Assembly: GCA_003345555.1 (NCBI GenBank)
Contig: PRDJ01000075.1
Span: 1-32,000, forward strand
Direction of reading: 5' to 3'
Source: Candidatus Thorarchaeota archaeon
GTDB taxonomy: Archaea; Asgardarchaeota; Thorarchaeia; Thorarchaeales; Thorarchaeaceae
DNA length: 32,000 bases
Part shown: piece after piece, positions 8,749-17,337 of the stretch
Position numbering within the stretch: the first letter of the stretch is position 1
Layout of the letters: each line of letters begins with the position of its first letter
Translations under genes and position numbers: made by a program
Notes under the pieces: model-generated
Seen by the model: the letters and a program-made list of their open reading frames with translations, nothing else
The model's database searches: none
Told to the model about the DNA's origin: nothing

Positions 8749-10746
8749 ATGCCTTCAGTCCCGAGAAGAGGAACCGCTTTGCTCTTAGGCACAATTATCG
8801 TCGTCGCAGCTTTCACTCTCGCTTATCTGGCTCCGGGGGGCATAGGTCCTTCTGGGAAGTCTGTCCGAGTAGCAGTCATTGACTCTGGCATGAACACTAA
8901 CGGGATTCTTTGGAACAAGTTAGCTGCCGCTAAGAGCTTTGTAGACAAAGCGTACGGCTATCCCTCAACTGACAACTCCACCGAAGACAGTGCGCCCCAT
9001 GGATATCTGCATGGTTCCTACGTGGCCAAGATCATAGTCGAGAATGCGCCGAACGCGCTGGTTGTCAATGCGAAGGTCGTAGATGCAAATAACACAGCTC
9101 TTGAACTGGCAATCGTTGCGGCCATTCATTGGGCTGTAGTCGAGGAAGACTGCACCATAATCAACCTCAGCCTTGGGAGTCTGGCTTCGAACCACGATAT
9201 ACTCAGTGATGCCGTGAAGTGGGCATTTGAGAGAGGAGTCACGGTTGTTGCTGCGGCAGGCAACAACGGTCAGGCGGGTGTTGCAGGCAGTTCGGTCGAG
9301 TCTCCAGCGGCGTATGTTCAGGCAATCGCCGTTGGAGCTGTGGATGAGCATGGGTTTCCGTATCCGTTCTCGGCGTGTGGCCCATTGAGGAATGGTAGCT
9401 TAAAACCAGACATCTCAGCAGACGGCTGGTATGCAGACCGTGAAACCTCCGCGACGGTGCTGGGTACGAGCTTTGCTGCACCACGGGTCACTGCGGCAGT
9501 CGTCACTCTGATTGCCCACTGCAAAGAAAACGGATGGGAATCGACACCCGGGATGATTAAGGCCACTCTAATTGCGAGTGCACACTACTTGCCTTCGGAC
9601 TCTTGGGAGGTTGGCGCCGGGTACTTAGATACTTATTCGGCAGTAATGTACTTGGACGCTGCACCCAAATCAGATAGCCTTCCTCTAGCCGTCTGCGTCC
9701 TTCCGGGCATCCGACCTTATAGCTTCGAGAGATGGTTCGTGAATTCCACTAGCTTTGTAGACTTCTCTGTCTTCGCAAGCAATAGTGCCACGTTCAGTCT
9801 GGTATATGGTGGTTCTGCCGCGCCATGGGTTACCGGACCTGACAGCATTGTGGTCAATCAGACTTCCTCTTTCTCGTTGAAAGTATGCGTGGTGTCAAAC
9901 ATTTCTGTTCGCAACCTCAGAGCGTCGATAACCCTTGTTGCTCCTGAGTATGTCACAATCACAGCCCAGCTCAAATTCAACGCATCCGTAGGACTCGCAA
10001 TCGTCGCTTTTGACACAAGCCACTCTCCTTGGTGGACTGATTCAATCTATGGTCAATACAGGGAATTCTACGAACTGCTGACTAGGCTGGGCATAGCTGT
10101 AGAGGAAATCACAGACCCCGAATCCTTGCAGCTCAATACAATGCTGAGATATGATGCCATTGTGATTCTTGACCCTTGCTCGTGGGACTATTTCACCGTA
10201 AACGGCAGTCCTGTGAACGCCGGGTCGACTCGGTACTCACAAGATGACATAGAATCATACACTTCTTACTGGGAAGCAGGAGGAGGCATACTGGTTGTCG
10301 GTCAGCAAAACTCAAGCATTGACGTCGAAGGAGCCAATCAGCTTCTATCCGCGTTTAATGTCAGCATGAACTACGATAGTATGCCGCCCATCACGATTGT
10401 TGTGAACGGAATTGCATCTACGATTGCAGTGACGAGACTGGTTGCTCACAACGTGACCCAAGGCGTGGAATCGTTTGACTATAATGGGTGCTCGCTCAAC
10501 TTCTCTGGTGCGTGTTTTGAGCTTGCATGGACCGAGGTGACTTGGACAGATATGGAAGGCATTCCTCATAATGAGAATAAGACGGTAGTCGTTGGACTTG
10601 AAGGCGAGAGCGGCAACAGGCTGGTTGTCGTCGGCAGCAACTATCCCTTTGATAATTGGGGAATCAGCGGTCTATACACATCAACTCAAAACTCGAAACT
10701 AGCTCTGCAAGCAATACTGTGGTTGACCAATCTCACTTGGCCTTAG
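8749..10746 (+). CDS. Membrane-anchored S8 subtilase with Site-1-protease-like C-terminal domains
   Basis: Catalytic triad 'VAVIDSG', 'HGSYVA', 'GTSFAAP' and oxyanion 'AAAGN'. ATG 8749 gives an N-terminal hydrophobic anchor (the ORF track starts at 8689). Beta-rich middle domain, C-terminal 'FDTSH...YDAIVILDP...GGGILVVG' domain, many NxS/T sequons. Confidence 0.85.
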   Translation: MPSVPRRGTALLLGTIIVVAAFTLAYLAPGGIGPSGKSVRVAVIDSGMNTNGILWNKLAAAKSFVDKAYGYPSTDNSTEDSAPHGYLHGSYVAKIIVENAPNALVVNAKVVDANNTALELAIVAAIHWAVVEEDCTIINLSLGSLASNHDILSDAVKWAFERGVTVVAAAGNNGQAGVAGSSVESPAAYVQAIAVGAVDEHGFPYPFSACGPLRNGSLKPDISADGWYADRETSATVLGTSFAAPRVTAAVVTLIAHCKENGWESTPGMIKATLIASAHYLPSDSWEVGAGYLDTYSAVMYLDAAPKSDSLPLAVCVLPGIRPYSFERWFVNSTSFVDFSVFASNSATFSLVYGGSAAPWVTGPDSIVVNQTSSFSLKVCVVSNISVRNLRASITLVAPEYVTITAQLKFNASVGLAIVAFDTSHSPWWTDSIYGQYREFYELLTRLGIAVEEITDPESLQLNTMLRYDAIVILDPCSWDYFTVNGSPVNAGSTRYSQDDIESYTSYWEAGGGILVVGQQNSSIDVEGANQLLSAFNVSMNYDSMPPITIVVNGIASTIAVTRLVAHNVTQGVESFDYNGCSLNFSGACFELAWTEVTWTDMEGIPHNENKTVVVGLEGESGNRLVVVGSNYPFDNWGISGLYTSTQNSKLALQAILWLTNLTWP

Positions 10747-11153
10747 AGCAGAGGGGCTATCCGATCGCATGCAGTCTTCGCGGCGTAGACCAAGAGGCCT
10801 GTCTTCAGACTCTTGGCTGCTGCTAGCACAAGAATGGCCTTCTCGCCTGCGCTTTTCATGAGCATCATACCATCCTGGTTGGTCACTAGGACTTCCTCCA
10901 GCGATCCCTGCTCCATTCTTTCTGCCGCTAAATCCGCGACCCCCAGAATCGACGCAGCCATTGCTGCGATTTCGGCTTCCTCTAACCCCTGCGGCACAGC
11001 AGACGCAATGGGAAGTCCCTCCTTCGAAAGGAGCATCCAAGCGCGAACTCCTGCAGCCATAGCTGTGGCTTCCTCCATAATCTGCCTCAGCTTGCCCTGC
11101 AGTTGTTCGAACTCGGGGTTAAGGATGGCTGCCACTCTCCGAACGCGGCGCAC
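10743..11153 (-). CDS. Roadblock/LC7 (MglB/LAMTOR-like) domain protein
   Basis: 'LLSKEGLPIAS', 'IAAMAASILG', 'LEEVLV', 'AILVLAA...GLL'. The exact start is uncertain. Confidence 0.9.
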   Translation of the reverse strand: MRRVRRVAAILNPEFEQLQGKLRQIMEEATAMAAGVRAWMLLSKEGLPIASAVPQGLEEAEIAAMAASILGVADLAAERMEQGSLEEVLVTNQDGMMLMKSAGEKAILVLAAAKSLKTGLLVYAAKTACDRIAPLL

Positions 11154-11177
11154 TGGCCTGTGGGTGGGATATGCGCA

Positions 11178-11185
11178 TTAATAAA
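11178..11185 (-). promoter_or_regulatory. Putative TATA box for the roadblock gene
   Basis: The minus strand reads TTTATTAA about 25 nt upstream of the GTG at 11153. Confidence 0.45.
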
Positions 11186-11300
11186 GTTTGGTTGACGGGC
11201 AGTGAAAATCCTGCAAGACTGGGACACACTCAGAGTAATAAGCAGTCTTTCGAGTAGTACGACTACTATTGCCTGAGGACCTATCCTCTGGTGGAAATCC

Positions 11301-11918
11301 ATGACCGAACACGTACACGATCTCGCGTCATCGGATGTTCGCATAGATAACACCGGTTGGAAAAGTGGCGTCAGGGTTCTTGGGATTGCAGAAAGTTTCG
11401 AACAATCGGATAAGTCCAGCACCGTGGCTGGAGTCGTGATGCGAGGCGATATCAGAATTGACGGGTATGGATTCTGTCGTCCAACGATTGGCGGGTTGGA
11501 TGCCACCGACAGGCTAGCGTCCATGTATGAGTCGCTCCAAAGGCAGGATATCAGAGCTTGGATGCTTGGAGGGAGCGTGATTTCTTGGTTCAATGTTGTC
11601 GACCTGCAGGAGTTGCATGAGAGAACAGGGACACCTGTTGCGTGCGTATCCTATCGTCACTCTGAAGGCATCGAGAAGTACGTGAAAGAGTACTTCCCGG
11701 ATGACTGGAAAAAGCGGATAGACGTGCTGGACCGAACAGGCGAACGAGTCCAGATACGCCTGAGCACGGGTTACCAAGTCTACCTCTCCGTTGCGGGAAT
11801 GACTGTCAATAGAGGACGTCGCTTGATTGACTTGTTCACTCTCGATGGTGCAATACCTGAGCCAATCAGAGCTGCGCGAATCCTAGCAGCATCAATACGA
11901 CATTCCGGCTCCTTCTAG
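11301..11918 (+). CDS. DUF99 family (endonuclease V-like fold) protein
   Basis: 'RVLGIAESF', 'GVVMRGDIRIDG', 'TIGGLDATD', 'WFNVVDL..L...TG.PV', 'IPEPIRAARILA'. Confidence 0.85.
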   Translation: MTEHVHDLASSDVRIDNTGWKSGVRVLGIAESFEQSDKSSTVAGVVMRGDIRIDGYGFCRPTIGGLDATDRLASMYESLQRQDIRAWMLGGSVISWFNVVDLQELHERTGTPVACVSYRHSEGIEKYVKEYFPDDWKKRIDVLDRTGERVQIRLSTGYQVYLSVAGMTVNRGRRLIDLFTLDGAIPEPIRAARILAASIRHSGSF

Positions 11919-12535
11919 CGGCTCTTCTTAGGAGAACCTAGGCGCGTCTTGTGAAGTCTGAACAGTTCTGAGAAGAGCTCTTGGGCCAAATCCAAGTGGA
12001 GGCTATTGATTTCGCTCTCCACATGCTCAAAAAACCGTTCAAGGTTCTGCGGGGGAAAACCACGATTCTCCATACTCACCGCATGCGCCAGCATATCGAG
12101 CCGGTCAGAGGCAACGGCGATTTTGGCCTCAAGAGTGTCTGGCCCCTCGAATTCCTCCAAAGCCTTGCTTAAGGACTCACCCAGAGCTCCCAGCGGGGTC
12201 AGTATCTGTTTTGCCGCAACTCGCTCTGTCTCTTTCTTCGCTGATTTCATGGCAATTCCCCCCAGTTCAACGGCTCTGTAGGGAATATCCGAGACAATAG
12301 ACTCGGGCAAGTCATGCAGAATTGCCATCGTCAACAGCCGCTCCAAGTCGACACTCTTCCCTTCGAATCTGAGTTGAAGCGCCAAAAGAAGGGCAATGAC
12401 AGAGGTTCCCCAGCAATGAGATGCAATCTTCTCACATCCTGAGTAGTCCTCTCCAGCAAGTATCCAACCCGTGCGCGGAAGCCGTTTGAGAGACTCCGAT
12501 TTCAGACAGAATTCAATAATGTCATCTGCGCTCAT
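11915..12535 (-). CDS. HD-domain phosphohydrolase (YfbR/HDDC2-like 5'-deoxynucleotidase family)
   Basis: 'LKRLPRTGW', 'EKIASHCW', 'ILHDLPESIVSDIP', 'ASDRLDML'. Confidence 0.9.
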   Translation of the reverse strand: MSADDIIEFCLKSESLKRLPRTGWILAGEDYSGCEKIASHCWGTSVIALLLALQLRFEGKSVDLERLLTMAILHDLPESIVSDIPYRAVELGGIAMKSAKKETERVAAKQILTPLGALGESLSKALEEFEGPDTLEAKIAVASDRLDMLAHAVSMENRGFPPQNLERFFEHVESEINSLHLDLAQELFSELFRLHKTRLGSPKKSR

Positions 12536-12601
12536 ATGAAGACACCTCGGTGCTTCGTGACTTCAGAATGCTCTTGCTCGGTACCATGGCGGTCCTGCCG
12601 C

Positions 12602-13693
12602 TCATGGAGAAACTACGATGGTACCTGCAACGATTGCGTCCTTGTAGCTATGAATGATGTTCATAACGGAAGCTGGAATGTAGGTGGAACTGTAAGCAAA
12701 CGTCGTGACGTTGGCACCACCATTAGCAAGATTGTACTGGTAGTGATAACCAGAGGGGAATGTGTCCCAGAGTGTTGCATTGATTATTGTGTAGAACACC
12801 CAGTCTGTGCGAGATACAACACTCGTGACAATCCAGCTCGGCGCGACTGGAATGAGAGGGTCAGCACATCCGTAGTAGTCCTGATCGCCTTCGGCAGCTA
12901 TCACAAGCGGCATCCTATCTTCGGAATAGAGGATTGTGCTGTTGGCGAATAGCATTCCTTCCCGCACGCCGACGATGCTGGCCCGGACTGGAGCGAACAA
13001 TACGGAGACCCCATCGTTGACAAACAAATGAAACGTGCTATTGCTCGCGGCGCTGGAGTCGTTGTAGCTCCCAATGAATTCAGTCGGCAAAAGCGTTACA
13101 TTCAGCGCATAAGTCGAATTGGCCGCCACTACACCCTGCACGAAACCATTGACCAGACTGATCACGTCCGGGTCATCATCCATGGAAGCAAGTATCCCAA
13201 CTTTGCTTGTGTAGTTCTCTTGAGTCGAAAGTAGCGCGGCAAGAGCACCTGCTAAGAAAGCAGCCTGTTCGGATGCATATGATCCGGATGCCACGTTTAA
13301 CAAATCAACGAACCCCCCGATCATCCCGAATTTCTGGTTTGGGTAAGCAACTGCTGCATTGTGCACTGCCGTTGTTAGCTTTTGTCCAGCCGCCAGAATG
13401 AGCTCATAATGGCCAGAGGATGCGAGGCTTTCCATCAGAGTCTCGGCCTCAGCTGATGTCTTTGGGTATGGATTTGCTATGTAGTACTGAACCGTGAAAT
13501 TCGCAGAGACTTCATTCATACCTATGCCGACTTGGTCGGCCATGCTGAGGTCATCGAAGCCCGGGTCCAATACCACAACTGCAATCTCAGGAGGCCTGTA
13601 TTGATTCGAGACAAATAGAAACGTACCCACAGAACCGAAGATGACAATGACAATCACTATCGAGGATATCAATGAGGTCGTTGAACTCGGCAC
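12602..13693 (-). CDS. BMP (Bmp/PnrA-like) substrate-binding protein with N-terminal membrane anchor
   Basis: N-terminal TM segment; 'GFDDLS', 'YPNQKF..IG', 'EQAAFLAGALAA', 'F..G...AN', 'TSVV.R.D'; many N-glycosylation sequons. Confidence 0.85.
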   Translation of the reverse strand: MPSSTTSLISSIVIVIVIFGSVGTFLFVSNQYRPPEIAVVVLDPGFDDLSMADQVGIGMNEVSANFTVQYYIANPYPKTSAEAETLMESLASSGHYELILAAGQKLTTAVHNAAVAYPNQKFGMIGGFVDLLNVASGSYASEQAAFLAGALAALLSTQENYTSKVGILASMDDDPDVISLVNGFVQGVVAANSTYALNVTLLPTEFIGSYNDSSAASNSTFHLFVNDGVSVLFAPVRASIVGVREGMLFANSTILYSEDRMPLVIAAEGDQDYYGCADPLIPVAPSWIVTSVVSRTDWVFYTIINATLWDTFPSGYHYQYNLANGGANVTTFAYSSTYIPASVMNIIHSYKDAIVAGTIVVSP

Positions 13694-13739
13694 CGTACTT
13701 CCTCCAGCATCGAACGGGAGCGAAGCGCCTAGGGCTTGA

Positions 13740-13878
13740 TTTAAACTTGTTGTTCAAAGAGTCTCAAGTTGTGCGGCGCAAGTCAAATATGAATGACGTT
13801 CGCCTGTATGTTTTCTCTGAAACAGCTGCCACCGAACTCCCTTAGGTCATGCCGCAGCGCTTGACCACAGCTTATATA
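13740..13878. promoter_or_regulatory. Divergent promoter region with TATA-like boxes
   Basis: TTTAAA at 13740-13745, with a minus-strand GGAGG at 13701-13705 before the BMP gene. TTATATA at 13872-13878, about 42 nt before the ATG at 13920. Confidence 0.45.
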
Positions 13879-13919
13879 GCGGCAGTGAGCTACACGCTTG
13901 AAAGCAGAGGCGCAAGATT

Positions 13920-14645
13920 ATGGCTGGAGAAACGCTTGGCAAGGTCGCAGACTTGCTTGGAGACGCCTTGAAGGTACACCGCTCTGTCAAGAATGTTATA
14001 CTTTGTACAAAGGAAGGTGTGGTTGTCGCGGCGGTGTCCAGGAAGAACGAGAGTATTGACCCCAAAGTCCTCTCCACTGTATCAGCTGCACTTGTATGGG
14101 CGGGAACGAATGTGCTCGGGCGAGTAGGAAAAGCAAAGCCAACCTACCTAATGCATTCCACACAAAGCGAGACGATACTGACGGTATTGCAGCCGCACTA
14201 TCAGCTGGTAATTGTACTAGTAAGAGCTGAACAGGCCGCGATGGAGCCCGGATCGTTGGTGCCGAAGTTCCAATCCATTGCCACGCGTATTGAGCTGCTT
14301 ATGGGTTCAAGTGCAGCGCCCCCGAAGGAAACACTTCTTGGAAACATTGTAAAGACTTTCCCAGAGATAACTCAGGCCATGCTTCTGACAATTGAGGGCT
14401 TGCCTTTGGGTTCGGTCGGGCTAGAAGACCATATAGAGATTGCCGCACTTGTGAGCTCGATATTCGCAAACGGGCTCACATACTCCAATCGCACAGAGAC
14501 CATCCTGATAAACTCTGAGCAGGCGGACCTTTTGGTTACTCGAGTCGACGAAGCGCGTCTGCTTGCAGTCGTGTGCAGGGGAATGCAACCGGATTCGCTT
14601 TCGAAGAAGATTATAGCATTTATCCAAGAGAATGTCGCTGGCTAG
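13920..14645 (+). CDS. Tandem (two-domain) roadblock/LC7 protein
   Basis: Two repeats of the roadblock pattern: 'VILCTKEGVVVAA...VLSTVSAAL' and 'AMLLTIEGLPLGS...IAALVSSIF...LLAVV'. Confidence 0.8.
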   Translation: MAGETLGKVADLLGDALKVHRSVKNVILCTKEGVVVAAVSRKNESIDPKVLSTVSAALVWAGTNVLGRVGKAKPTYLMHSTQSETILTVLQPHYQLVIVLVRAEQAAMEPGSLVPKFQSIATRIELLMGSSAAPPKETLLGNIVKTFPEITQAMLLTIEGLPLGSVGLEDHIEIAALVSSIFANGLTYSNRTETILINSEQADLLVTRVDEARLLAVVCRGMQPDSLSKKIIAFIQENVAG

Positions 14646-15343
14646 TGAACCTTCGTCGGTTCTTCAATTTCGGGAGGGCCTGTTTCTTCATCACTGATCA
14701 TATCTAGTTGCCACTCCCTGAGATTGATCTTTATGTAACAGTCCTTTCCTCTTTCAGGACAGTCAATCCTGATAGTCACGTGGTCTTGCGTCTTCTCTTT
14801 GATTTCGGGATTCAGACATCCATTCTCCAGCTTCTCCATGAGCCACATGACGTAGGCTTCTGTTATTGAATTCAGACTTCCGTCCAGCAGCGCCTGGCCG
14901 AGATGCGCGAGGAAATGCCGCTTCTTCCGGCCCTGCTTTTCCACACGGACCAGCCCGACTTCCTCCATGCGTGAGATGTGCCACCTCACGGTGTCATGAT
15001 GAACACCTAGGGTCTCGGCCATCTGTTCCTGATAGCACCCCGGGTTGTTTACAATGTACGAAAACACCCTTCTAGCGGTCTCACTGCGCATTGTCAGGTA
15101 GGCCATTTCTGCTTCCTGAGACCGTAACATACGAGGATAGTAGAGCCTCTTGCCGGCGAACTTGATTGACTTCACAAGCCCTTCGCGCTCAAGGATTCTC
15201 AGATGCCACGTGAGGGTCCCAAGAGGAGATTCGAGCATCTCCACAAGTTCGAGAAGATACGTACCAGGATTCTCACAGAGGACTTGGTAGAGGTCGCGCC
15301 TAAACGGATGAAGAAGCAGCGTCAAGCGTTTTTGCTTTCCCAT
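14642..15343 (-). CDS. Double winged-helix transcriptional regulator (archaeal ArsR/MarR-like)
   Basis: Two wHTH units: 'NPG.YL.EL...L....GTL.WHL..LE..GLV' and 'NPG.YQ.QMA..LG....TV.WHI..ME..GLV'. Confidence 0.85.
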   Translation of the reverse strand: MGKQKRLTLLLHPFRRDLYQVLCENPGTYLLELVEMLESPLGTLTWHLRILEREGLVKSIKFAGKRLYYPRMLRSQEAEMAYLTMRSETARRVFSYIVNNPGCYQEQMAETLGVHHDTVRWHISRMEEVGLVRVEKQGRKKRHFLAHLGQALLDGSLNSITEAYVMWLMEKLENGCLNPEIKEKTQDHVTIRIDCPERGKDCYIKINLREWQLDMISDEETGPPEIEEPTKVH

Positions 15344-15503
15344 CAGCCAGTCCTCTTGCGTCGGCGTCTATTCGGATGGGCTGAAAGGTCATAAAAGGTC
15401 TTCGACAAGTTGGGTGATGCTTGACATTGGATGTAAGCTTCGCAACCTTTTTGGGCGTCCAGTAACAGCCCCACATTAGAATCTGGGCTCAGAAGGGTCT
15501 GAC

Positions 15504-17336
15504 TTGTGCGGCATAACTGGTATTGTGAGCCTCAATCGCGAGAACATTGGTGAGGTTCTTGTCAAGTGTGGACGCAAACTGACCTACCGGGGGTACGATT
15601 CCGTTGGTCTTGCAGCTGTTCACGAAGGCAAGGTCGACCTTAGGAAAGATGTCGGGACAGTGGATGCTGTAGACAAGTTACTTGGATTGTCCAAGATGAA
15701 GGGAGACAGAGGAATTGTACAACTCAGATGGGCTACATACGGTCCGCCAACAAAGCTGAATGCCCAACCACATTTCGCATGTGATGATTCAATCTATGGG
15801 GCTCACAACGGCAATATCCACAATTACGTCGAGTATCGAAGGGAGCTTGTAGAAACAGGTCATATCGTGCGTTCTGAGAATGATGGAGAGCTTTGTGTTC
15901 ACGCGGTAGATAAGTACTACGAACAGACAGGCGACATGCTTGAAGCCGTGAGGCTTTCTACACGCGATTTGAAAGGTGCCTTTTCATTTGCTGTTGGCAG
16001 GGCAGACAGCAGGGAGATCTATGCCGTCAAGATGGGCTCTTCGCTTGTTGCTGGTGTGGGTAACGAAGAAACGATCGCATCAAGTGACTTGCCTTCAATA
16101 CTTCCAGTTACTAACAACATCATCTACCTTGCCGACGGAGAAATGCTGGCGCTCTCTCCAGAGAAGGTCGAGGTGTACAGAATCGAAGATGGGAAGCGAC
16201 TCACTCGGAAGCCCGAACCCACAACCATCGACGTGCATGCCGCAGAGAAGGGCGGCTTTCCGCACTTCATGCTCAAAGAGATTAACGAACAGCCGAAGGT
16301 TGCTCAAGACGTAATGGGAGTTCTTCAGGGAGCCAAGTCCGATGAATGGCTGAATATCATAGAAGAATCAAAGAATCTGTACCTCGTGGCTTGTGGGTCG
16401 TCCTACAATGCGGGAGTGGTAGGGGCCTATTACTTCAATCGACTGGCAGGCATACCTCTTGTTCCCTCCATTGGTGGCCAGTTCGAGTCCATGTACGGCA
16501 GGGCCTTGGATGAAGACAGCCTGTCCATCTTGGTTTCCCAAAGCGGAGAGACCAAGGATATACTCAACGTCCTGAATCTCGTGAAGAGTCAAGGCAGAGG
16601 GAAAACACTGGGCATTGTCAACGTCATAGGGAGTACCCTAATGTTCAATGCCGACGCGTACATACCTATGGCCTGCGGGTACGAAGTGAGCGTCCCAGCC
16701 ACAAAGACGTACTTCTCTCAGACAGTCATCTTTGCCTATCTGGCAGCGATGCTCGGCGAGAGAAATGGCACCTTGGACAGACAAGAAGCCAAGTCCATTG
16801 TTCGGATGTTAAGTCAGGACCTTCCAACACAGGCCCAAGCAACAATCGACCACACTGGAATCCTTGCAAAGAATCTCGCAAAGACCTTGATCGGTGTAAA
16901 GGATCTTTACTGTTTAGGCTACGGCATGACCGATGGAGTAGCCCGTGAGGGAGCACTCAAAATAAAGGAGATATGTTACAATCACTGTGAAGGAATGTAC
17001 AGTTCCGAGTTCAAGCACGGCCCACTAAGTATCGTCACAAGAGACTACCCTGTGATATTTGTAACGACACCCGAAGACAGCTGGATGGTAATCAACCACA
17101 TCAACGAGGTCAAGTGCAGGTTTGGTCGTGCGATAATCGTGGGTGAGCGGGAGAGCAGCCTTGAGCCGTACGTCTCAAACGAGGTTGACTACTTGGAGGT
17201 CCCGAAAGGGAACATAGTACTCAATCCGATGATAGATGTCATCCCACTTCAGCTTCTTAGCTATTTCCTGTCAGTGGACCTAGGCATAGATCCGGATTTG
17301 CCGCGGAATCTATCCAAGACACTCACAGTTGACTGA
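15504..17336 (+). CDS. glmS: Glutamine--fructose-6-phosphate aminotransferase (isomerizing)
   Basis: TTG start giving 'MCGI' (Ntn Cys1); 'YRGYDSVG', 'HNG', 'SQSGETKD', 'VPATKTY', 'EGALKIKE', 'EFKHGP', 'PRNLSKTLTVD'. Confidence 0.95.
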   Translation: MCGITGIVSLNRENIGEVLVKCGRKLTYRGYDSVGLAAVHEGKVDLRKDVGTVDAVDKLLGLSKMKGDRGIVQLRWATYGPPTKLNAQPHFACDDSIYGAHNGNIHNYVEYRRELVETGHIVRSENDGELCVHAVDKYYEQTGDMLEAVRLSTRDLKGAFSFAVGRADSREIYAVKMGSSLVAGVGNEETIASSDLPSILPVTNNIIYLADGEMLALSPEKVEVYRIEDGKRLTRKPEPTTIDVHAAEKGGFPHFMLKEINEQPKVAQDVMGVLQGAKSDEWLNIIEESKNLYLVACGSSYNAGVVGAYYFNRLAGIPLVPSIGGQFESMYGRALDEDSLSILVSQSGETKDILNVLNLVKSQGRGKTLGIVNVIGSTLMFNADAYIPMACGYEVSVPATKTYFSQTVIFAYLAAMLGERNGTLDRQEAKSIVRMLSQDLPTQAQATIDHTGILAKNLAKTLIGVKDLYCLGYGMTDGVAREGALKIKEICYNHCEGMYSSEFKHGPLSIVTRDYPVIFVTTPEDSWMVINHINEVKCRFGRAIIVGERESSLEPYVSNEVDYLEVPKGNIVLNPMIDVIPLQLLSYFLSVDLGIDPDLPRNLSKTLTVD

Positions 17337-17337
17337 A

